64,000 nucleotides of DNA from Shigella phage SSG23. The position numbers and the translations under genes are program-made. Location of the stretch: the sequence record PQ351811. One strand, written 5' to 3'. Below, piece after piece: positions 1 through 10,368 of this stretch. The stretch's first letter is position 1. Every line of letters starts with the position of its first letter. The notes beneath the pieces were generated by a model. That model saw nothing but the letters and a program-made list of their open reading frames with translations, did no database searches and had not been told where the DNA came from.

Positions 1-329
1 ACCGTTACGCAAAACACGGTAAAATTGATGCTGGCGTATTGAGCATGGTTATCGAAAGTAGCAATACCGAAGTAACCGATGTGGTGGAAGCACTTAAAAC
101 TAAACAGTTTGCTAATGTGCGTAAACTTGCGCCACGATATACCAATACATACGCTCAATTTGTCAAGAAACTTTATAATGAGTTGTATACTCAAGTTAAG
201 CCAGCGTCGATTATTCGTCTCACTGAGATCATCGGTGAAAATAATCAGATGTTTGCACACGCGGCTGATAAAGAGATTCACATTGTCTTTTTGTTAATGC
301 AATTAATGGTTGAATTGGAGTTCGTATAA
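1..329 (+). CDS. 44: clamp-loader large subunit (gp44-like), 3' fragment; 5' end outside window
   Basis: Frame open from window edge to TAA 327-329; stop overlaps ATG of next gene (TAATG); lies upstream of 62-regA-43 as in T4. Positional call only. Confidence 0.5.
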   Translation, partial: RYAKHGKIDAGVLSMVIESSNTEVTDVVEALKTKQFANVRKLAPRYTNTYAQFVKKLYNELYTQVKPASIIRLTEIIGENNQMFAHAADKEIHIVFLLMQLMVELEFV

Positions 330-907
330 TGTTAGGTCAATTTTTCGGTGAAGATGATACACAATTAAACGAGCATGAAATTGCATGGCGCTCTCGTGAT
401 TGGGAAAAGGTGTCTGAACTAGCGGACACATTCACCGAGAAAACCGACAATGCATTATTTGCTCTGATGGATCATATCACCTTAGATAAACAGCGCGTTA
501 ATGTGGGAAACAATTCTGCATATAACCAGAGATGGATTAACACCGCTCTTTCCCAGCACGCAGATTGTCTATATAGCGCGTATGTGATGAATTTAATCGG
601 TCATGGCCTCCCAGATCAAATGCATTTTGATTATCTCTTACAGAGTATTTCTAAGGGGAAACGATACGGTAAATGGGCTAAACTAACAGAAGAATTGGAC
701 CAAAAATTGGTTTTAATGGCAGTGGCGAAAGCATATTGTGTAAATATGGATGACGCCCGGTTTTATCTCGATTTGGCTAATGAAAAGGGATATATGGACA
801 AGTTATTGAAGCACATTAAACCGTATGCGACCGATGAACTTTTGGCGGGTGTTACTAAGAATCAGACAGAAAGGAAACGACTTAAAAAGATTATAGAAAG
901 GTGGTAA
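329..907 (+). CDS. 62: clamp-loader small subunit gp62
   Basis: 192 aa; motifs QLNEHEIAW, MNLIGHGL, KRYGKWAKL and C-terminal KRLKK..W resemble T4 gp62 as recalled; T4 synteny. Confidence 0.8.
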   Translation: MLGQFFGEDDTQLNEHEIAWRSRDWEKVSELADTFTEKTDNALFALMDHITLDKQRVNVGNNSAYNQRWINTALSQHADCLYSAYVMNLIGHGLPDQMHFDYLLQSISKGKRYGKWAKLTEELDQKLVLMAVAKAYCVNMDDARFYLDLANEKGYMDKLLKHIKPYATDELLAGVTKNQTERKRLKKIIERW

Positions 908-908
908 A

Positions 909-1271
909 ATGATTGAAATTAATTTGATTAATCCTGAAAACTTCCTTAAAATTAAGGAGACTTTAACCCGCTGCGGCATTGCCAACAATCGAGACAAGAC
1001 GCTGTATCAGTCTTGTCATATTCTCCAGAAGAAGGGGCGTTATTACATCGTTCATTTCAAGGAGTTGTTGAAATTAGATGGTCGTAGTGTTAAAATGACG
1101 TGGGAAGATGAATTACGCCGTAATAACATTGCAAAACTTCTTGCGCAGTGGAATCTATGCACCCTGATTGATAGTGATTTTGAAACTACCGAAGTTAATA
1201 ATTTCCGCGTACTGTCTTTTAAACAGAAAGAAGAGTGGACGCTGATCGAGAAATATCAGATCGGACGCTAA
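909..1271 (+). CDS. regA: translational repressor RegA
   Basis: 120 aa; MIEINLINPENFLKIKETLTRCGIANNRDKTLYQSCHILQKKG near-identical to T4 RegA N-terminus; located between 62 and 43. Confidence 0.9.
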   Translation: MIEINLINPENFLKIKETLTRCGIANNRDKTLYQSCHILQKKGRYYIVHFKELLKLDGRSVKMTWEDELRRNNIAKLLAQWNLCTLIDSDFETTEVNNFRVLSFKQKEEWTLIEKYQIGR

Positions 1272-1292
1272 GATACTGATGGGATAGGGGTG

Positions 1293-1321
1293 TTGACAAA
1301 CTAGTTCGACTCCCCTATAAT
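1293..1321 (+). promoter_or_regulatory. sigma70-like early promoter TTGACA-17-TATAAT upstream of gene 43; spacer flanked by inverted repeat ATAGGGG/CCCCTAT
   Basis: TTGACA 1293-1298, TATAAT 1316-1321, 17-bp spacer; RBS AAGGAG then ATG 1354. Confidence 0.6.
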
Positions 1322-1353
1322 GAGTGTCTTTCGTAAGTGAAGGAGTTTATATT

Positions 1354-4032
1354 ATGTATTTTCTGTCATGTGAGCGAGTAGGTGATAAGATCTACGAGCG
1401 TTATATTGATGATGCTGGACAAGAACAAGAGCGTTACGTTGAATATACGCCAACATTATTTCATCATGCCGCGCCTGGTATGGTTACTAATTATAAAGAT
1501 ATCTATGGCAAGCCTTGCATTGCTAAAAAATTCCCATCTATGAACGAGGCCAACAAATGGCGTAAAAAGATGGGGGAAATGGGGCAAGAGGCACTAGGGA
1601 TGGATGATTTTATCATCTCCTATCTGTCTGATACATATAAAGGTGAGATTCGATATGACCGAAATAAAATCCGTGTAGCATGGGTTGATATTGAGGTCAC
1701 TGCACCGGAATTTCCTAAACCAGAAGAGGCGAAATATCCTATCGATGCAATTACGCATTATGACTCCGTACATGATCGTTTCTTTGTATTTGATTTGAAA
1801 GGAAAAAACGGTGAAATCTGGGAAGCAAGAAAGTCTATTCTTCGACCTGATATTGTAGAGCGCGTTGTTTATAACGTCTATGATACAGAAGATGAATTGC
1901 TATTAGAATACATCCGATTCTTTGAGGAAAATCGACCAGTTGGCTTCACTGGCTGGAACACAGAAACATTCGATATCCCGTATATCATTAAGCGTATCAG
2001 TAATAAGTTTGGAAGTCGAACGGCAAACCGTTTAAGCCCGTGCGGTAAGATTAAATCCCGAATCTCACAGGATGATTTTGGCAACGAGCGTGAAGCATTT
2101 ACGATCATGGGGATCGAAAGCCTTGATTACATTGACCTGTACAAGAAATTTAGCTTTACGACTCAACCAACATATGCATTAGATTATGTTGCTGAATATG
2201 AGACAGGAATCGGTAAGGTTGATTATGATGGTCCGTTAAAGAAATTGCGTGATGACAACCATCAACTTTACATCGATTATAACATCGGCGACGTTGACCG
2301 TGTGCTGGCGATTGATAAAAAACGTGGTTTTATTGATCTGGTGTATAGCCTATGTTTCTATGCAAAAATTAAATTTAACCATGTTTATAATCCGATGAAA
2401 GTATGGGATGCTATTATCTTCGGATCTCTGAAAGCAGAGGGTAAAGTAGTACCGGAAAATAAGATACAGCCTAAGCAGACTTATCCCGGCGCATTTGTAA
2501 AAGAACCTGTGCCGAATGCTTACCGTTGGATGATGAGCTTTGACTTAACAAGTCTTTATCCATCTATTATTCGACAGGTTAATATTTCGCCGGAAACTAT
2601 CGCTGGGTCTTTTGATGCTGCACCGATGCACGAGTATATCAATAAAACTGCCCCGCGTCCGAGTGATGAGTATTCTTGCTCGCCTAACGGATGGATGTAT
2701 CGAAAAGATATTCATGGTATCGTACCGATTGAGATTAAAAAGGTATTCGACCAGCGTAAGCAGTACAAAAACATGATGTTGGCATGTGATCGCAATGCTG
2801 AACTCTGTAAAGCGATTCTACACGATGAAAATCATGTTTATGGGGGAACCATTAGCTATAGCGTTGAAGTTCGTCATGACTTCGATGAAGCGTTTAAATC
2901 TATGCTTTCGGAATTGAGCAAAGATACCCTAGAAAAATTGCTGGAAGAATGTAAAGACGAGTCGATCTTGTGCAACACAAACCAGCTTTCTCGAAAAGTT
3001 TTGATCAACTCCCTTTATGGTGCGTTGGGGAATCCTAAATTCCGCTTTTATGATCTCCGTAACGCTAGTGCGATCACATTGTTTGGTCAGCTTGCAATTC
3101 AGTGGATTGAGCGTAAGATTAACGAATACTTAAACGAGCTTTGCGGAACAACTGATTTTGCATATGTTCGTTATTGTGATACTGACTCCGTTTATGTGCT
3201 GGTTAACAATGTTGTTGATAAGGTTGGCGGGGAAGACCGTTTCGACGATACCGAAAAACTTGTTGACTTCCTTGATAATTTCGGTAAGCATAGAATGGAA
3301 CCGATTATCGACAAGGGATATCGCGAGTTATGCGAGTACATGAACAACTATGAGCACTTGATGTTTATGGACCGTGAGGCAATTGCCGGACCGCCTTTGA
3401 AGTCTGCGGGTATCGGTGGATTCTGGACTGGTAAAAAGCGTTATGCTCTTAATGTTTGGGATATGGAAGGAACGCGCTTTGCTGAACCTAAGCTAAAAAT
3501 CATGGGCTTGGAAACACAACGTAGTTCTACTCCTAAAGCATGTCAGAAATCACTGAAAGAATGTATTCGTCGTATGTTGCAGGAAGGTGAAGAGTCATTG
3601 CAGGAATACTACGGTATTTTTGAGCAAGAATTTAGAAAACTTGACTATCTTGAGGTTGCTGCGGTATCATCTGCAAACAACCTACAGAAATACAGCGATT
3701 CAAACGGGTATCCGATTAAGGGTTGTCCGTATGCGGTTAAGAGTGTATTGTGTTATAATCGTAATGCTCGAAAATTCGGACTAGATCCGATTCGTGAGGG
3801 CGAGAAAGTTATGATCGTACCGCTCAAAGATCGAAATCCGTTTGGAGAAATCTGTTTTGGTTGGTTGTCTGGTACTCGTATTCCGCCAGAAATTGAATCA
3901 GAAGTGTTAAAGTGGTTAGACTGGCCTTTGTTGTTTAATAAGACTTTCGTCAAACCACTGGAGAACATTACCACGGCTGCAAAGCTGCAATATGAAAAAG
4001 TTGCTTCTCTGACTGACCTGTTTGACATTTAA
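1354..4032 (+). CDS. 43: DNA polymerase gp43 (family B)
   Basis: 892 aa from RBS-proximal ATG; long collinear similarity to T4 gp43 (YGKPCIAKKFPSMNEA, DIEV exo motif, SLYPSII, NSLYGALGN, YCDTDS pol motifs). Confidence 0.95.
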   Translation: MYFLSCERVGDKIYERYIDDAGQEQERYVEYTPTLFHHAAPGMVTNYKDIYGKPCIAKKFPSMNEANKWRKKMGEMGQEALGMDDFIISYLSDTYKGEIRYDRNKIRVAWVDIEVTAPEFPKPEEAKYPIDAITHYDSVHDRFFVFDLKGKNGEIWEARKSILRPDIVERVVYNVYDTEDELLLEYIRFFEENRPVGFTGWNTETFDIPYIIKRISNKFGSRTANRLSPCGKIKSRISQDDFGNEREAFTIMGIESLDYIDLYKKFSFTTQPTYALDYVAEYETGIGKVDYDGPLKKLRDDNHQLYIDYNIGDVDRVLAIDKKRGFIDLVYSLCFYAKIKFNHVYNPMKVWDAIIFGSLKAEGKVVPENKIQPKQTYPGAFVKEPVPNAYRWMMSFDLTSLYPSIIRQVNISPETIAGSFDAAPMHEYINKTAPRPSDEYSCSPNGWMYRKDIHGIVPIEIKKVFDQRKQYKNMMLACDRNAELCKAILHDENHVYGGTISYSVEVRHDFDEAFKSMLSELSKDTLEKLLEECKDESILCNTNQLSRKVLINSLYGALGNPKFRFYDLRNASAITLFGQLAIQWIERKINEYLNELCGTTDFAYVRYCDTDSVYVLVNNVVDKVGGEDRFDDTEKLVDFLDNFGKHRMEPIIDKGYRELCEYMNNYEHLMFMDREAIAGPPLKSAGIGGFWTGKKRYALNVWDMEGTRFAEPKLKIMGLETQRSSTPKACQKSLKECIRRMLQEGEESLQEYYGIFEQEFRKLDYLEVAAVSSANNLQKYSDSNGYPIKGCPYAVKSVLCYNRNARKFGLDPIREGEKVMIVPLKDRNPFGEICFGWLSGTRIPPEIESEVLKWLDWPLLFNKTFVKPLENITTAAKLQYEKVASLTDLFDI

Positions 4033-4093
4033 GATAAAGTGTGTATAATGGCGGGTGTTGGGTGACGATACCCGCCAATGTGAGAAATATACT

Positions 4094-4282
4094 ATGAGAG
4101 ACATTGAAAAGATTAAACGTGAACGAGAGGAAGGTATAGAGCATTTCAAGAAAGTTCACGGAAATCACAGCAACGAAGTATTTGTGACGATCGATGTTGA
4201 TGCGATGAAAAAGTTAATTCAAGAGCACTACAAAGATCGAATAACAATGAAGCAATTAAAGTATTACGGATTAACTGAATAG
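4094..4282 (+). CDS. hypothetical small protein
   Basis: 62-aa ORF in the 43-uvsX gap; no motif recognised. Confidence 0.3.
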   Translation: MRDIEKIKREREEGIEHFKKVHGNHSNEVFVTIDVDAMKKLIQEHYKDRITMKQLKYYGLTE

Positions 4283-4293
4283 AGGTATTAATA

Positions 4294-5364
4294 ATGTCTG
4301 TACTGGAAAAACTGAAAAAGAACTCTACCCTGAAAACTACTGCGGTACTGTCTAAATCCAGCTTCTTTAACGAAAAAACAAATACTCGCACTAAGATCCC
4401 GATGCTGAATATTGCGTTTTCTGGTGATCTTAAAAAAGGCTTTCAATCTGGTCTGATTTTCTTTGCTGGTCCGTCTAAGCACTTTAAATCAAACATGGGA
4501 TTAACTTGTGTTAGTGCATACATGAAACAGAATCCTGATGCGGCTTGCTTGTTCTTTGATTCTGAGTTTGGTATTACTTCCGCATATCTGGAATCTATGG
4601 GAGTAGATCCTGATCGCGTGGTGCATGTTCCAATCAAGAACATCGAAGAACTTAAATTTGAAATCATGAACCAGCTTGAGCAAATTACCCGCGAAGATAA
4701 AGTGATTATCTTTATTGACTCAATCGGTAACTTAGCAAGTAAAAAAGAAGTTGAAGACGCGATTAATGAGAAATCCGCGCAGGATATGACGCGAGCTAAA
4801 GCACTTAAAGGCTTGTTCCGTATGGTTACGCCATATCTGACTATGAATGATATCCCGTGCATCGCCATTAACCACACTTACGAAACGCAAGAAATGTTTA
4901 GTAAGACCGTTATGTCCGGCGGTACTGGCGCGATGTATTCAGCCAATGAAGTTTTCATTATCGGTCGTCGTCAGCAGAAAGAAGGAACCGAAATTACTGG
5001 TTATGATTTTATCCTGAATGCGGAAAAATCACGAACCGTTAAAGAAAAATCTAAGTTCCCGATTAGCGTAACCTTTAGCGGTGGTATCGATCCATATTCT
5101 GGCTTGCTGGAATTGGCTGTAGAGTTAGGTTGGGTAGTGAAACCGTCAAACGGCTGGTATTCTCGTTCCATCCTGAATACAGAGACCGGAGAGATGGAAA
5201 CCGAAGAACGCAAGTTCCGTGCTAAAGAAACCAATAGTATTGAGTTCTGGAAACCACTTCTGACAAACGATAAGTTTAACGAAGCAATCAACGATCATTA
5301 TAAGCTGGGACAAGTGATCAGCAATGAAGCAGTTGACAAAGAAATCGAAGATATGTTAGCATAA
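4294..5364 (+). CDS. uvsX: recombinase UvsX (RecA-like)
   Basis: 356 aa; FFNEKTNTRTKIPMLNIAFSG, Walker A FAGPSKHFKSN, DSIGNLASKKE and NHTYETQEMFSKTVMSGGTG match T4 UvsX. Confidence 0.95.
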   Translation: MSVLEKLKKNSTLKTTAVLSKSSFFNEKTNTRTKIPMLNIAFSGDLKKGFQSGLIFFAGPSKHFKSNMGLTCVSAYMKQNPDAACLFFDSEFGITSAYLESMGVDPDRVVHVPIKNIEELKFEIMNQLEQITREDKVIIFIDSIGNLASKKEVEDAINEKSAQDMTRAKALKGLFRMVTPYLTMNDIPCIAINHTYETQEMFSKTVMSGGTGAMYSANEVFIIGRRQQKEGTEITGYDFILNAEKSRTVKEKSKFPISVTFSGGIDPYSGLLELAVELGWVVKPSNGWYSRSILNTETGEMETEERKFRAKETNSIEFWKPLLTNDKFNEAINDHYKLGQVISNEAVDKEIEDMLA

Positions 5365-5375
5365 CAATGGTAGTA

Positions 5376-5397
5376 AAGGGGCTACTTGCCCCTTTTT
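5376..5397 (+). terminator. rho-independent terminator after uvsX
   Basis: Hairpin AAGGGGC-tactt-GCCCCTT followed by T-run. Confidence 0.6.
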
Positions 5398-5419
5398 CAT
5401 ATCTAGAGAGGATTATATT

Positions 5420-5737
5420 ATGGATAAGAAACCAACAAGTTTAGAAGAAGCACACGGCTTGATTCAAGAAGCAATGAAGACAGTTATTCAGGAATTGATA
5501 ATTGTTGATGAAGAGGGAGAGCATCATATTGTCTATATTCATAATGTTGAATACGATCCAGACACTAAAGGTATTGTGGTCGACTACTCCACGCCGTCAG
5601 ATCGTGATGTGGTATATCCTCACGTCATTAAGGCGTTAACCGCGCAGATCAAAGAAGCAGAAGAAAAGTTGAAAAAGGAAACTTTCTGGTATAAACTCAA
5701 GACCTTTGTTATGCGTGTAGTCGGGGGCTATGTATGA
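5420..5737 (+). CDS. hypothetical protein in the gene 40 position
   Basis: 105-aa ORF between uvsX and 41, stop overlaps 41 start; positional only. Confidence 0.4.
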   Translation: MDKKPTSLEEAHGLIQEAMKTVIQELIIVDEEGEHHIVYIHNVEYDPDTKGIVVDYSTPSDRDVVYPHVIKALTAQIKEAEEKLKKETFWYKLKTFVMRVVGGYV

Positions 5738-7146
5738 TTAAAACTATCTTTTCACAGTTGATTTACAATGGCGCATTCTTTACGAATGTATGGCCTCACC
5801 TTAAAGCGGACTACTTCACCGAAGACGAAGAAAAACTGATTTATAAGCTGATTAAAAAGCACGTAGACGAATATTCTAATATTCCTACGCCAACTGCATT
5901 ACAGATTGCTTTAGACAAGGAGAGAGGCAATCAGACAACATATGAAGGGGCTAAAACTCTTCTCGATTCGCTGGAGAATACACCGGAAGACCTTGATTGG
6001 TTAATGAAGGAAACCGAAAAATTTATCCGCGACCGCGCTATGTATAATGCAATGTCACGGGCGCTAGAGATTCAGGCGAACGCACAACTACCAAAAGAGA
6101 AACAGAATAAGAAATTGCCAAGTGAAGGCGCTATTCCTGAGATCATGCAGGAAGCACTATCCATTACGTTTGATTCTGATGTAGGTCATGACTGGTTTAA
6201 TGACTTTGAAAAACGATTCTTGTTATATCAGACTAAAGCGAATAAGATCCCGTTTAAGCTGTCTATTCTGAATAAAATCACGAAAGGCGGGGCAGAGAAA
6301 AAGACATTGAATGTTTTACTTGCTGGTGTAAACGTTGGTAAATCGTTGGGATTGTGTTCTCTTGCTGCGGATTATATGGAATGTGGTTATAATGTTCTGT
6401 ATATCTCAATGGAGATGGCAGAGCATGTCGTAGCCAAACGTATTGACGCAAATTTGCTTGACATTACCTTAGATGAATTGGATGATGGCAATGTTTCCTT
6501 TGCTGAATATTCCGCACGCATGAAACGCGTCAAGAATAAGAAAGCTGGAGAACGTCCAATCGGCAAGCTGATGATCAAACAGTATCCGACTGGTGGCGCG
6601 AACTCCAATCACTTTGAGGCGTTAATGAATGAATTGCGACTCAAGAAACAGTTTAAACCTGATGTTGTGATTGTTGACTATCTGGGGATTTGCGCATCGT
6701 CTCGCTTGCGTGTATACTCTGAAAATAGTTACACACTAGTTAAGGCTATTGCGGAAGAACTTCGCGGATTTTTTGTTAAGTGGGATGTTGTTGGTTGGAC
6801 TGCGGCACAGACTACCCGCGCGGGTTGGGATGCTTCCGACCTTAACATGAGTGATACCGCTGAATCAGCAGGTCTTCCGGCTACAGCCGATTTTATGTTG
6901 GGTGTAATTGAGACCGAAGATCTTGCAAAAATGGGTGTTCAATTACTCAAGCAGATTAAATCTCGTTACGGTGATAAGAACTATTATTCACGGTTTAACG
7001 TTGGTGTGAAAAAAGGCAATCAGCGTTGGTATGAAGTCCCAAACCAGATCGCAGATCAGGAGAATGCACAAGTTAAACCACAAAGCGCACAGCAAGCCGA
7101 GAAACGAGAAAAACTCGACGAGCTAGCAAATAACATGACTTTCTAA
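5734..7146 (+). CDS. 41: replicative helicase gp41 (DnaB-like)
   Basis: 470 aa; Walker A LLAGVNVGKS; size and position as T4 gp41. Confidence 0.9.
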   Translation: MIKTIFSQLIYNGAFFTNVWPHLKADYFTEDEEKLIYKLIKKHVDEYSNIPTPTALQIALDKERGNQTTYEGAKTLLDSLENTPEDLDWLMKETEKFIRDRAMYNAMSRALEIQANAQLPKEKQNKKLPSEGAIPEIMQEALSITFDSDVGHDWFNDFEKRFLLYQTKANKIPFKLSILNKITKGGAEKKTLNVLLAGVNVGKSLGLCSLAADYMECGYNVLYISMEMAEHVVAKRIDANLLDITLDELDDGNVSFAEYSARMKRVKNKKAGERPIGKLMIKQYPTGGANSNHFEALMNELRLKKQFKPDVVIVDYLGICASSRLRVYSENSYTLVKAIAEELRGFFVKWDVVGWTAAQTTRAGWDASDLNMSDTAESAGLPATADFMLGVIETEDLAKMGVQLLKQIKSRYGDKNYYSRFNVGVKKGNQRWYEVPNQIADQENAQVKPQSAQQAEKREKLDELANNMTF

Positions 7147-7196
7147 TAAAATGCGCCCTACGGGGCGCTGGTGAATGATTTGATAGGAGATATAAC

Positions 7197-7832
7197 ATGA
7201 TCGCTAATGCTTTACCGCCAAAATGGATCGTAAGTCGTTTTTATACTCTCAAGGAAGGTAACGCACCTGATGGTCGTCCGATCCGAGATCTGTTTCTGGA
7301 GATGACTACAGCCGAAGCACAGTTTTATAATGATCTGACAGACGATAAGCCATTTCTCGTAAATTCGGTGGACCTTGATGGTAATGTTACGTCAATTATC
7401 GCACATGGTGGGGAAGTGAAAAATATTACTTCCTTGCGTGATCACGGTTGGGAAATTGCTTGTGTATTTCCTGCGGATGTACGCGGATTCTTTGATGAGG
7501 TATCTGATATTAAAGTAAATGCACTGGAACCATATGACGAGAACCCACCACTGAAAGAAGAAAAAGAGTTGACACCGGAAGATGTAGGCAGTATACTACA
7601 ACCCGACCTGTTTAAAAAGATTAGCGGTTTATGGACTATTACCCTGTATCCAACCGCATTAGGTTTAGAATTGGGTATGCCAACTTATTCTGATATTGAT
7701 AATTGGACTAAGCACATTGATAAAGATGTTGAAAAACAGCGAAACAATGCTAAACTACAGTTGAAAGAGAAACGCAAAGATCTTGAACGACAACTGAAAG
7801 AAACAAAACATTTGCTTTCTACGTTCGCTTGA
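7197..7832 (+). CDS. hypothetical protein
   Basis: 211-aa ORF with upstream RBS; no motif recognised. Confidence 0.45.
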   Translation: MIANALPPKWIVSRFYTLKEGNAPDGRPIRDLFLEMTTAEAQFYNDLTDDKPFLVNSVDLDGNVTSIIAHGGEVKNITSLRDHGWEIACVFPADVRGFFDEVSDIKVNALEPYDENPPLKEEKELTPEDVGSILQPDLFKKISGLWTITLYPTALGLELGMPTYSDIDNWTKHIDKDVEKQRNNAKLQLKEKRKDLERQLKETKHLLSTFA

Positions 7833-7862
7833 TCTATAATGAAACTCTAAGGAGACTATATT

Positions 7863-8237
7863 ATGAAAAATATGATTACACCGGAAGATGTAGCATTTAA
7901 AACCGCAAATAACGGAGACATTCTTATCTTTATTAACGGTAAACATGCTGGTATGGTTGAACCGGAAGGACGCTGGGGAGTCGCCGAACTTTATGATGTG
8001 GCTGGTGTAGATCCGAAAACTGCAATTGTTTTTCTGGCTGATAAAGATCAAATGCGTCGAAAAATTGCTGCGCTCTATAATGAAGCAGTATATTTCTACG
8101 AACCGTTTCATCGTATTAAAACGATCTCCCGCGTGACTCGAAAAGATGTTAACGCTTGTATTATCAAGATTGTAGAGAATCAGGATAAACTGACGAAAGA
8201 CCAGATCGTTGACTTACTGAAAGAGATTATTCTATGA
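7863..8237 (+). CDS. hypothetical protein
   Basis: 124-aa ORF, RBS GGAGA upstream. Confidence 0.45.
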   Translation: MKNMITPEDVAFKTANNGDILIFINGKHAGMVEPEGRWGVAELYDVAGVDPKTAIVFLADKDQMRRKIAALYNEAVYFYEPFHRIKTISRVTRKDVNACIIKIVENQDKLTKDQIVDLLKEIIL

Positions 8238-8557
8238 TTGGCTTTAAACAGTTTGTTGAAGAAAATAAACTCAAAGAAGATATGACCGCTGGCGATGCTG
8301 GCGGCAATCCTGAGAAGATCGCAGCAGGGGAAACGAGCGGATCTATTACCAATCGTGGACCTAGCGTAGTGGGTAAAGAAAAACGCAAGAAGGAGAAAGA
8401 CGGTGCTTAGTATCATCATGTTTATCGTTGGCTTGCTGTCCGCTATTATCGGTGTTGTTGTTTTCGGATTATCTGGACACAAAACAAAAACAGAAAAGTT
8501 ATCCGAGATCACAATGTATGTTGGTGTAGTTCTCATTCTGTTATCGGTGGCGCTTAA

Positions 8558-8761
8558 ATGATTACGATGAAATGTCTTAAAAGCACATATGCACTTTTTG
8601 AAGCCGGAAAAGAATATGAATTTACAGAACTTGATCCGGTAGGCCGTTTTCGTGTATTCTCTTACACATCGCCAGATGGTAGTGTCTACAAATTTGGCTT
8701 AGATGAGAACGGAGAGAATGAAAATGAAAGTGTTGGAACTTTCATGAAATTTGAGCTATAA
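8558..8761 (+). CDS. hypothetical protein
   Basis: 67-aa ORF directly upstream of primase gene. Confidence 0.4.
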   Translation: MITMKCLKSTYALFEAGKEYEFTELDPVGRFRVFSYTSPDGSVYKFGLDENGENENESVGTFMKFEL

Positions 8762-8770
8762 GAGGTTATT

Positions 8771-9799
8771 ATGATTTACTACGCAGATTATGAAATAGCG
8801 GAAAAAGCCATATACGGCGAACGAAATTTTAAACGGTTGCATACTAGCTCATTTACGCTGGTCTGTAGTTGTCCGATCTGCGGTGACTCAAAGAAAAATC
8901 ATACTCAAGCGCGATTCCGTATCTATACCTATAAGGATAGTTTGCGTTGTGGTTGTTTCAACTGTAACTACAATCAGCCGTTAGGTGAATTTCTCAAACA
9001 GTATAAGCCGGACCTATTCAGGGAATGGCTTATGGAACGACGGAAGGAACAAGGCGACCACAAGAACACCACGTTCAAGCCACTGAAAAAGGTAGAAAAG
9101 CCGGAGATTAAGAAAGTGCAAACATTGCCTTTCTGCGAGAGATTAGATACTCTTCCGGCTAATCATCCTATAATAAAGTATGTCAGTGATCGTTGCATTC
9201 CCAACGATAAATGGGATCTTCTGTATTTCACGAGAGAATGGCAAAAGGTAGCAAATCACATTAAAGCGGATACCTTCAAGAATCCGCAACCTGAACCGCG
9301 TTTAGTGATTCCTATCTTTAACCGTGAGAACAAGATAGAATCCATTCAGGGGCGAGCATTGAGAAAGGATTACGGAAAGACCAAATATATGACGATTAAA
9401 ACTCATGAGTTAGCGAGTAAGGTCTACGGTCTTGAACGTGCTGATCCGAGCAAACCAGTGTACTTCTTAGAGGGTCCGATAGATTCCCTGTTCATTGATA
9501 ATGGATGTGCTATCACTGGCGGTACTTTGGGATTGGATGAAATTCCTTTCCCTGATCAGCGAGTGTTTGTACTTGACGCCGAACCACGGTCAGCCGATAC
9601 AATGCACCGACTGGAAAAGTTTATCAATGCAGGGGAAAAGATTGTATTGTGGGATCGTTGCCCGTGGCATTCTAAAGACGTTAACGCCATGATTCAGGAC
9701 GAGGGCGCTACACGCGACCAGATCATGGAATATATCAAAGAGAACACCGTACAAGGTCTGATGGCTAAAATGCGGTTTATGAAATATTGTAAATTTTAA
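8771..9799 (+). CDS. 61: DNA primase gp61 (zinc ribbon + TOPRIM)
   Basis: 342 aa; zinc ribbon CSCPICGD...CGCFNC; TOPRIM-like EGPIDSLF...VLDAE; same length as T4 gp61. Confidence 0.85.
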   Translation: MIYYADYEIAEKAIYGERNFKRLHTSSFTLVCSCPICGDSKKNHTQARFRIYTYKDSLRCGCFNCNYNQPLGEFLKQYKPDLFREWLMERRKEQGDHKNTTFKPLKKVEKPEIKKVQTLPFCERLDTLPANHPIIKYVSDRCIPNDKWDLLYFTREWQKVANHIKADTFKNPQPEPRLVIPIFNRENKIESIQGRALRKDYGKTKYMTIKTHELASKVYGLERADPSKPVYFLEGPIDSLFIDNGCAITGGTLGLDEIPFPDQRVFVLDAEPRSADTMHRLEKFINAGEKIVLWDRCPWHSKDVNAMIQDEGATRDQIMEYIKENTVQGLMAKMRFMKYCKF

Positions 9800-9813
9800 T
9801 TAATGAGGTGAAT

Positions 9814-10332
9814 ATGTCAGAATTTAATTCTTGCGCTGGTCTGGTTAGCGACGAAACTATGTCTAAAGCTGGTATTGCGTATTCCGAGGCAATCACTAGC
9901 GGCAAAGATCCGCTGCAAGTAATGTTAGATATGCAAAAAGGCTTACAGGTCGCACTAGCTGATAAATTTGAGTGGGTGCCGCATCCTGATAAGCTGGAAA
10001 CTTGCGGGGAGATCCTTGATTGGATGAAGTTGTGGGATGACGCAATCGACGACGAGACACGAGAACTTTATGTTGCCCTGGGTGGCATGTCAAATGGCAA
10101 AGATGCAAGCGCAATTACTAAAGTGTGGAAGAAGAACCACGGCGAAGCACGAGCGCGTAAATTTGCTGATCTGTCAGATGACGATAAAATCGAAATTGCG
10201 ATGGAATTGATCGATATCTGGCATTTCGTGCTGATTAAAATGCTGGGCTTAGGTTTAACCGCTAAGGATATCTTCAAGCTGTACTACCTGAAAAATGCTG
10301 AAAATTTCGCCCGTCAAGAACGCGGCTACTAA
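9814..10332 (+). CDS. 56: dCTPase/dUTPase gp56 (MazG-like)
   Basis: DPLQVMLDMQ, HPDKLET, IFKLYYLKNAENFARQERGY match T4 gp56 almost residue-for-residue at the C-terminus. Confidence 0.85.
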   Translation: MSEFNSCAGLVSDETMSKAGIAYSEAITSGKDPLQVMLDMQKGLQVALADKFEWVPHPDKLETCGEILDWMKLWDDAIDDETRELYVALGGMSNGKDASAITKVWKKNHGEARARKFADLSDDDKIEIAMELIDIWHFVLIKMLGLGLTAKDIFKLYYLKNAENFARQERGY

Positions 10333-10368
10333 AAATTAGTTGACACTACTCTATAATGGTTTTATTAT

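Noticed and set aside
1878-2108. Antisense or alternative-frame ORFs inside large genes (for example 1878-2108, 4443-4877, 30397-30681, 36003-36356, 37014-37511, 24950-25405).
   Set aside because: They are embedded in well-supported conserved genes on the opposite strand or frame and lack RBS and promoter context, so they are most likely spurious.
5420-5737. Calling this ORF gp40.
   Set aside because: Positional inference only; no sequence motif confirmed.
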